From positions 35,515-99,514 of the forward strand of contig PSKS01000003.1 in NCBI GenBank assembly GCA_040289115.1: 64,000 nt of DNA. The letters are read 5' to 3'. The position numbers and the translations under genes are program-made. The notes under the pieces are model-generated. The model did no database searches and had not been told where the DNA came from. It saw only the letters and a list, made by a program, of their open reading frames with translations. This stretch comes from Chloroflexota bacterium. Lineage in GTDB: Bacteria > Chloroflexota > Dehalococcoidia > JAUQQI01. Below, piece after piece: positions 61,902-64,000 of this stretch (positions within the stretch are counted from its first letter, which is position 1; each line of letters starts with the position of its first letter).

Positions 61902-62990
61902 ATGAACCTGCGGATTCCCGGCCCAACCCCGTGCCCGCCGGAGGTGCTGCAGGCCGTCGGTCGCCAGATGGTGAACCACCGGGGCCCCACCTTCCGGGAG
62001 CTGATCCAGCGGGTGACGGCCAACTTGAAGCGGGTCTTCCGGACCGAAAACGACGTGCTTACCCTTACGGCCTCCGGAACCGGCGGCCTGGAGGCGGCTG
62101 TCGCCAACTTCTTCTCCCCGGGCGACCCCATCCTGGTGGTGGTCACCGGGGTTTTCGGCCGGCGCTGGGCCGACATTGCCACCGCCTACGGCCTTAAGGT
62201 TTTCCGCCTCGATATGCCCGTCGGGGAGGTTCCCACCCCCGAACGGCTCCGGACGGCCCTTTCGGAACACCCAGAGGTGCGGGCCGTCTGCATTACCCAC
62301 AACGAGACCTCCACCGGGGTGGCCGTCGACCTGGCCGCGCTGGCGCCGGTGGTTAAGGGTGCCGGAAAGCTACTCCTAGTGGATGCTGTCTCGAGCCTCG
62401 GCTGCATGCCCCTGGAGACCGACGGCTGGGGCTGCGACGTAGTGGTCACTGCCTCCCAGAAGGGCCTGATGAGCCCGCCAGGCCTGGCCCACTTGTCTGT
62501 GAGCCCGGCCGCCTGGGAGTTTTACCGCCAGGCCCGCCTGCCCCGCTTTTACTTCGACCTGGGCCGCCACCGAGACCTCCTGGCCAAGGGCGAGACCCCC
62601 TGGACGCCGGCAGTTTCGGCCCTCTTCGGCCTAGACGTGGCCCTGGGGCGCATCCTCGAGGAGGGTCTGGAAAACGTCTTTGCGCGCCATCGGCGGCTGG
62701 CGGAGCTCACCCGCCGGGAGCTCAAAAGCTTGGGTTTCAAGCTGGTGGCCCAGGACGAGGCTTACGCCTCCAACTCGGTCACGGCCGCCTATGTCCCAGA
62801 AAATGTGGACGCCGGGGCGCTGATTAGGACCGTCCGGTCGGAGTTTAACGTTGAGATTCAGGGCGGCCAGGCCGAACTTGCGGGTAAAATTATACGGGTA
62901 GCCCACATGGGCTACGTCTCGGAACGGGACATGGCCGAAGCCCTCGAGGCCATCCGGGCGGCCCTGACCCGGGTGGGCGTCGGGGCGTAG
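61902..62990 (+). CDS. Class V aminotransferase (serine-glyoxylate / phosphoserine aminotransferase type)
   Basis: 362 aa. MNLRIPGPTPCPPEVLQA... and the PLP Lys context SQKGL are present. It lies upstream of serA. Confidence 0.9.
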   Translation: MNLRIPGPTPCPPEVLQAVGRQMVNHRGPTFRELIQRVTANLKRVFRTENDVLTLTASGTGGLEAAVANFFSPGDPILVVVTGVFGRRWADIATAYGLKVFRLDMPVGEVPTPERLRTALSEHPEVRAVCITHNETSTGVAVDLAALAPVVKGAGKLLLVDAVSSLGCMPLETDGWGCDVVVTASQKGLMSPPGLAHLSVSPAAWEFYRQARLPRFYFDLGRHRDLLAKGETPWTPAVSALFGLDVALGRILEEGLENVFARHRRLAELTRRELKSLGFKLVAQDEAYASNSVTAAYVPENVDAGALIRTVRSEFNVEIQGGQAELAGKIIRVAHMGYVSERDMAEALEAIRAALTRVGVGA

Positions 62991-63007
62991 GCCGGCGGGC
63001 GGCAAAG

Positions 63008-64000
63008 ATGGGATTCCGGATCGTCGTAAGCGACCCCATCCATCCCACCGGCCTAGAGCTTTTGCAGGCCCAGCCCGACGTGGAGGCGGTCCTCAGGCCC
63101 GACGGAACGTCCCTGCCCGAGCTTCTGGCCGAGGCCGACGCCCTGATCGTGCGGAGCGAGACCAAGGTAAGCGCCAAGCTTTTGGAGAACGCCCGCCGGC
63201 TCGTGGTCATCGGCCGGGCCGGAGTTGGGGTCGACAACATCGACCTAAATGAGGCCACCCGCCGGGGCATCGCGGTGGTTAACGCCCCAACGGGCAATAT
63301 CATCGCCGCCGCCGAGCACACCATCGCCCTGATCTTTGCGGTTGCCCGCCGCATTCCCCAGGCCTTCGAGTCCCTGAGGCGGGGAGAGTGGCGGCGGGGC
63401 GAGTTCACCGGCATCGAGCTCCGGGGCAAGACCCTTGGCCTCATCGGCCTCGGCCGGGTCGGGACCGAGGTTGCCCGGCGGGCCATCGGCCTCCAGATGC
63501 GGGTTATCGCCTACGACCCCTTCGTTTCCCACGAGTACGCCGGCCGCCTGGGGGTAAGCCTTAGCGACCTGGAGGCCCTTCTGGGGGAGGCCGACATCGT
63601 CAGCCTCCACGTGCCCCTCAACGAGCAGACCCGCAACTTGCTCAACCGTCAGCGCCTGGAGCTGCTAAAGCCCGGGTCCATCTTGGTGAACACCGCCCGG
63701 GGCGGGGTCGTCGACGAAGCCGCCCTCCTGGAGCTGCTCAACGCCGGCCGGATCGGCGGGGTTGCCCTGGACGTTTTCGCCACCGAGCCCCCACCCGCCG
63801 ATCACCCCCTGCTCCATCATCCCCGGGTCGTGGCTACCCCCCACCTGGGGGCCTCCACCGTGGAGGCCCAGGCCGAGGTGGCCCGGGAAGTGGTGGAGGA
63901 GGTGCTGGCCGTTCTGCGGGGCCGGCCGGCCCGGAACGCGGTCAACCTCCCGACCATCCCGACTGAGGTGGACCGGGTCATCCGGCCCTACTTCGAGGTG
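63008..64000 (+). CDS. serA: D-3-phosphoglycerate dehydrogenase (partial, runs off window end)
   Basis: Not in the track because it is open at the edge. From ATG 63008 the product starts MGFRIVVSDPIHPTGLELL. GLIGLGRVG, NTARGGVVDE and TPHLGAST motifs are present. Confidence 0.9.
   Translation, partial: MGFRIVVSDPIHPTGLELLQAQPDVEAVLRPDGTSLPELLAEADALIVRSETKVSAKLLENARRLVVIGRAGVGVDNIDLNEATRRGIAVVNAPTGNIIAAAEHTIALIFAVARRIPQAFESLRRGEWRRGEFTGIELRGKTLGLIGLGRVGTEVARRAIGLQMRVIAYDPFVSHEYAGRLGVSLSDLEALLGEADIVSLHVPLNEQTRNLLNRQRLELLKPGSILVNTARGGVVDEAALLELLNAGRIGGVALDVFATEPPPADHPLLHHPRVVATPHLGASTVEAQAEVAREVVEEVLAVLRGRPARNAVNLPTIPTEVDRVIRPYFEV

Noticed and set aside
1-64000. CRISPR arrays, intact insertion sequences, retron/DGR reverse transcriptases and toxin-antitoxin pairs.
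   Set aside because: No regularly spaced direct repeats, no transposase or RT ORFs and no small paired ORFs with TA-like features were seen on either strand.

Overview
A 64-kb, gene-dense bacterial chromosome segment, roughly two-thirds G+C by eye. Marker genes (long HPF, DUF503/YlxP, YabN-type MazG, YtfJ/GerW, YetF/DUF421) hint at a GC-rich Firmicutes-like lineage, but taxonomy cannot be settled from this window. Most of it is housekeeping. This includes a peptide-type ABC importer, a GT4 glycosyltransferase, an MrfA/YprA-like helicase, hpf and a sugar module (debranching enzyme, 6PGDH, Zn-dehydrogenase). There is also an acyl-CoA catabolic operon (thiolase/DUF35, ACAD, crotonase, CoA-transferase, SDR, orphan SBP). 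Further genes are mntH, USP, an anion-type ABC system, tatA, rhomboid, MFS, glmS, two sigma factors, ispH, thiL-tsaE-tsaB, fabH, secA, nadA-nadC, a GT39-like membrane protein and serine-pathway genes. Three tRNAs are present: Leu-UAA, Gln-CUG and Asp-GUC. The main unexplained signal is a repeat family. A ~300-bp intergenic cassette occurs twice (4646-4942 on +, 33285-33592 on -), and its 152-nt core is 91% identical without gaps. It has TIR-like ends, an AT-rich perfect palindrome, and a terminal outward-facing -35 box that meets different local -10 boxes (for the GT4 gene and for tRNA-Gln). A diverged third copy lies at 40339-40538 and a solo palindrome at 29246-29284. Other points of interest follow. 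A stand-alone phage-tail-fibre-like surface protein carries a C-terminal S74-type chaperone domain. A tyrosine-integrase relic sits beside tRNA-Gln. A ~290-nt ORF-less structured region ends in a strong terminator upstream of a tiny Zn-ribbon ORF. A cysteine-rich metal-binding mini-protein follows an attenuator-like leader. The gerW/ytfJ gene is frameshifted. I saw no CRISPR array, intact IS, prophage or recognisable defence operon. All coordinates of non-ORF features were derived by hand and may be off by a few nt.
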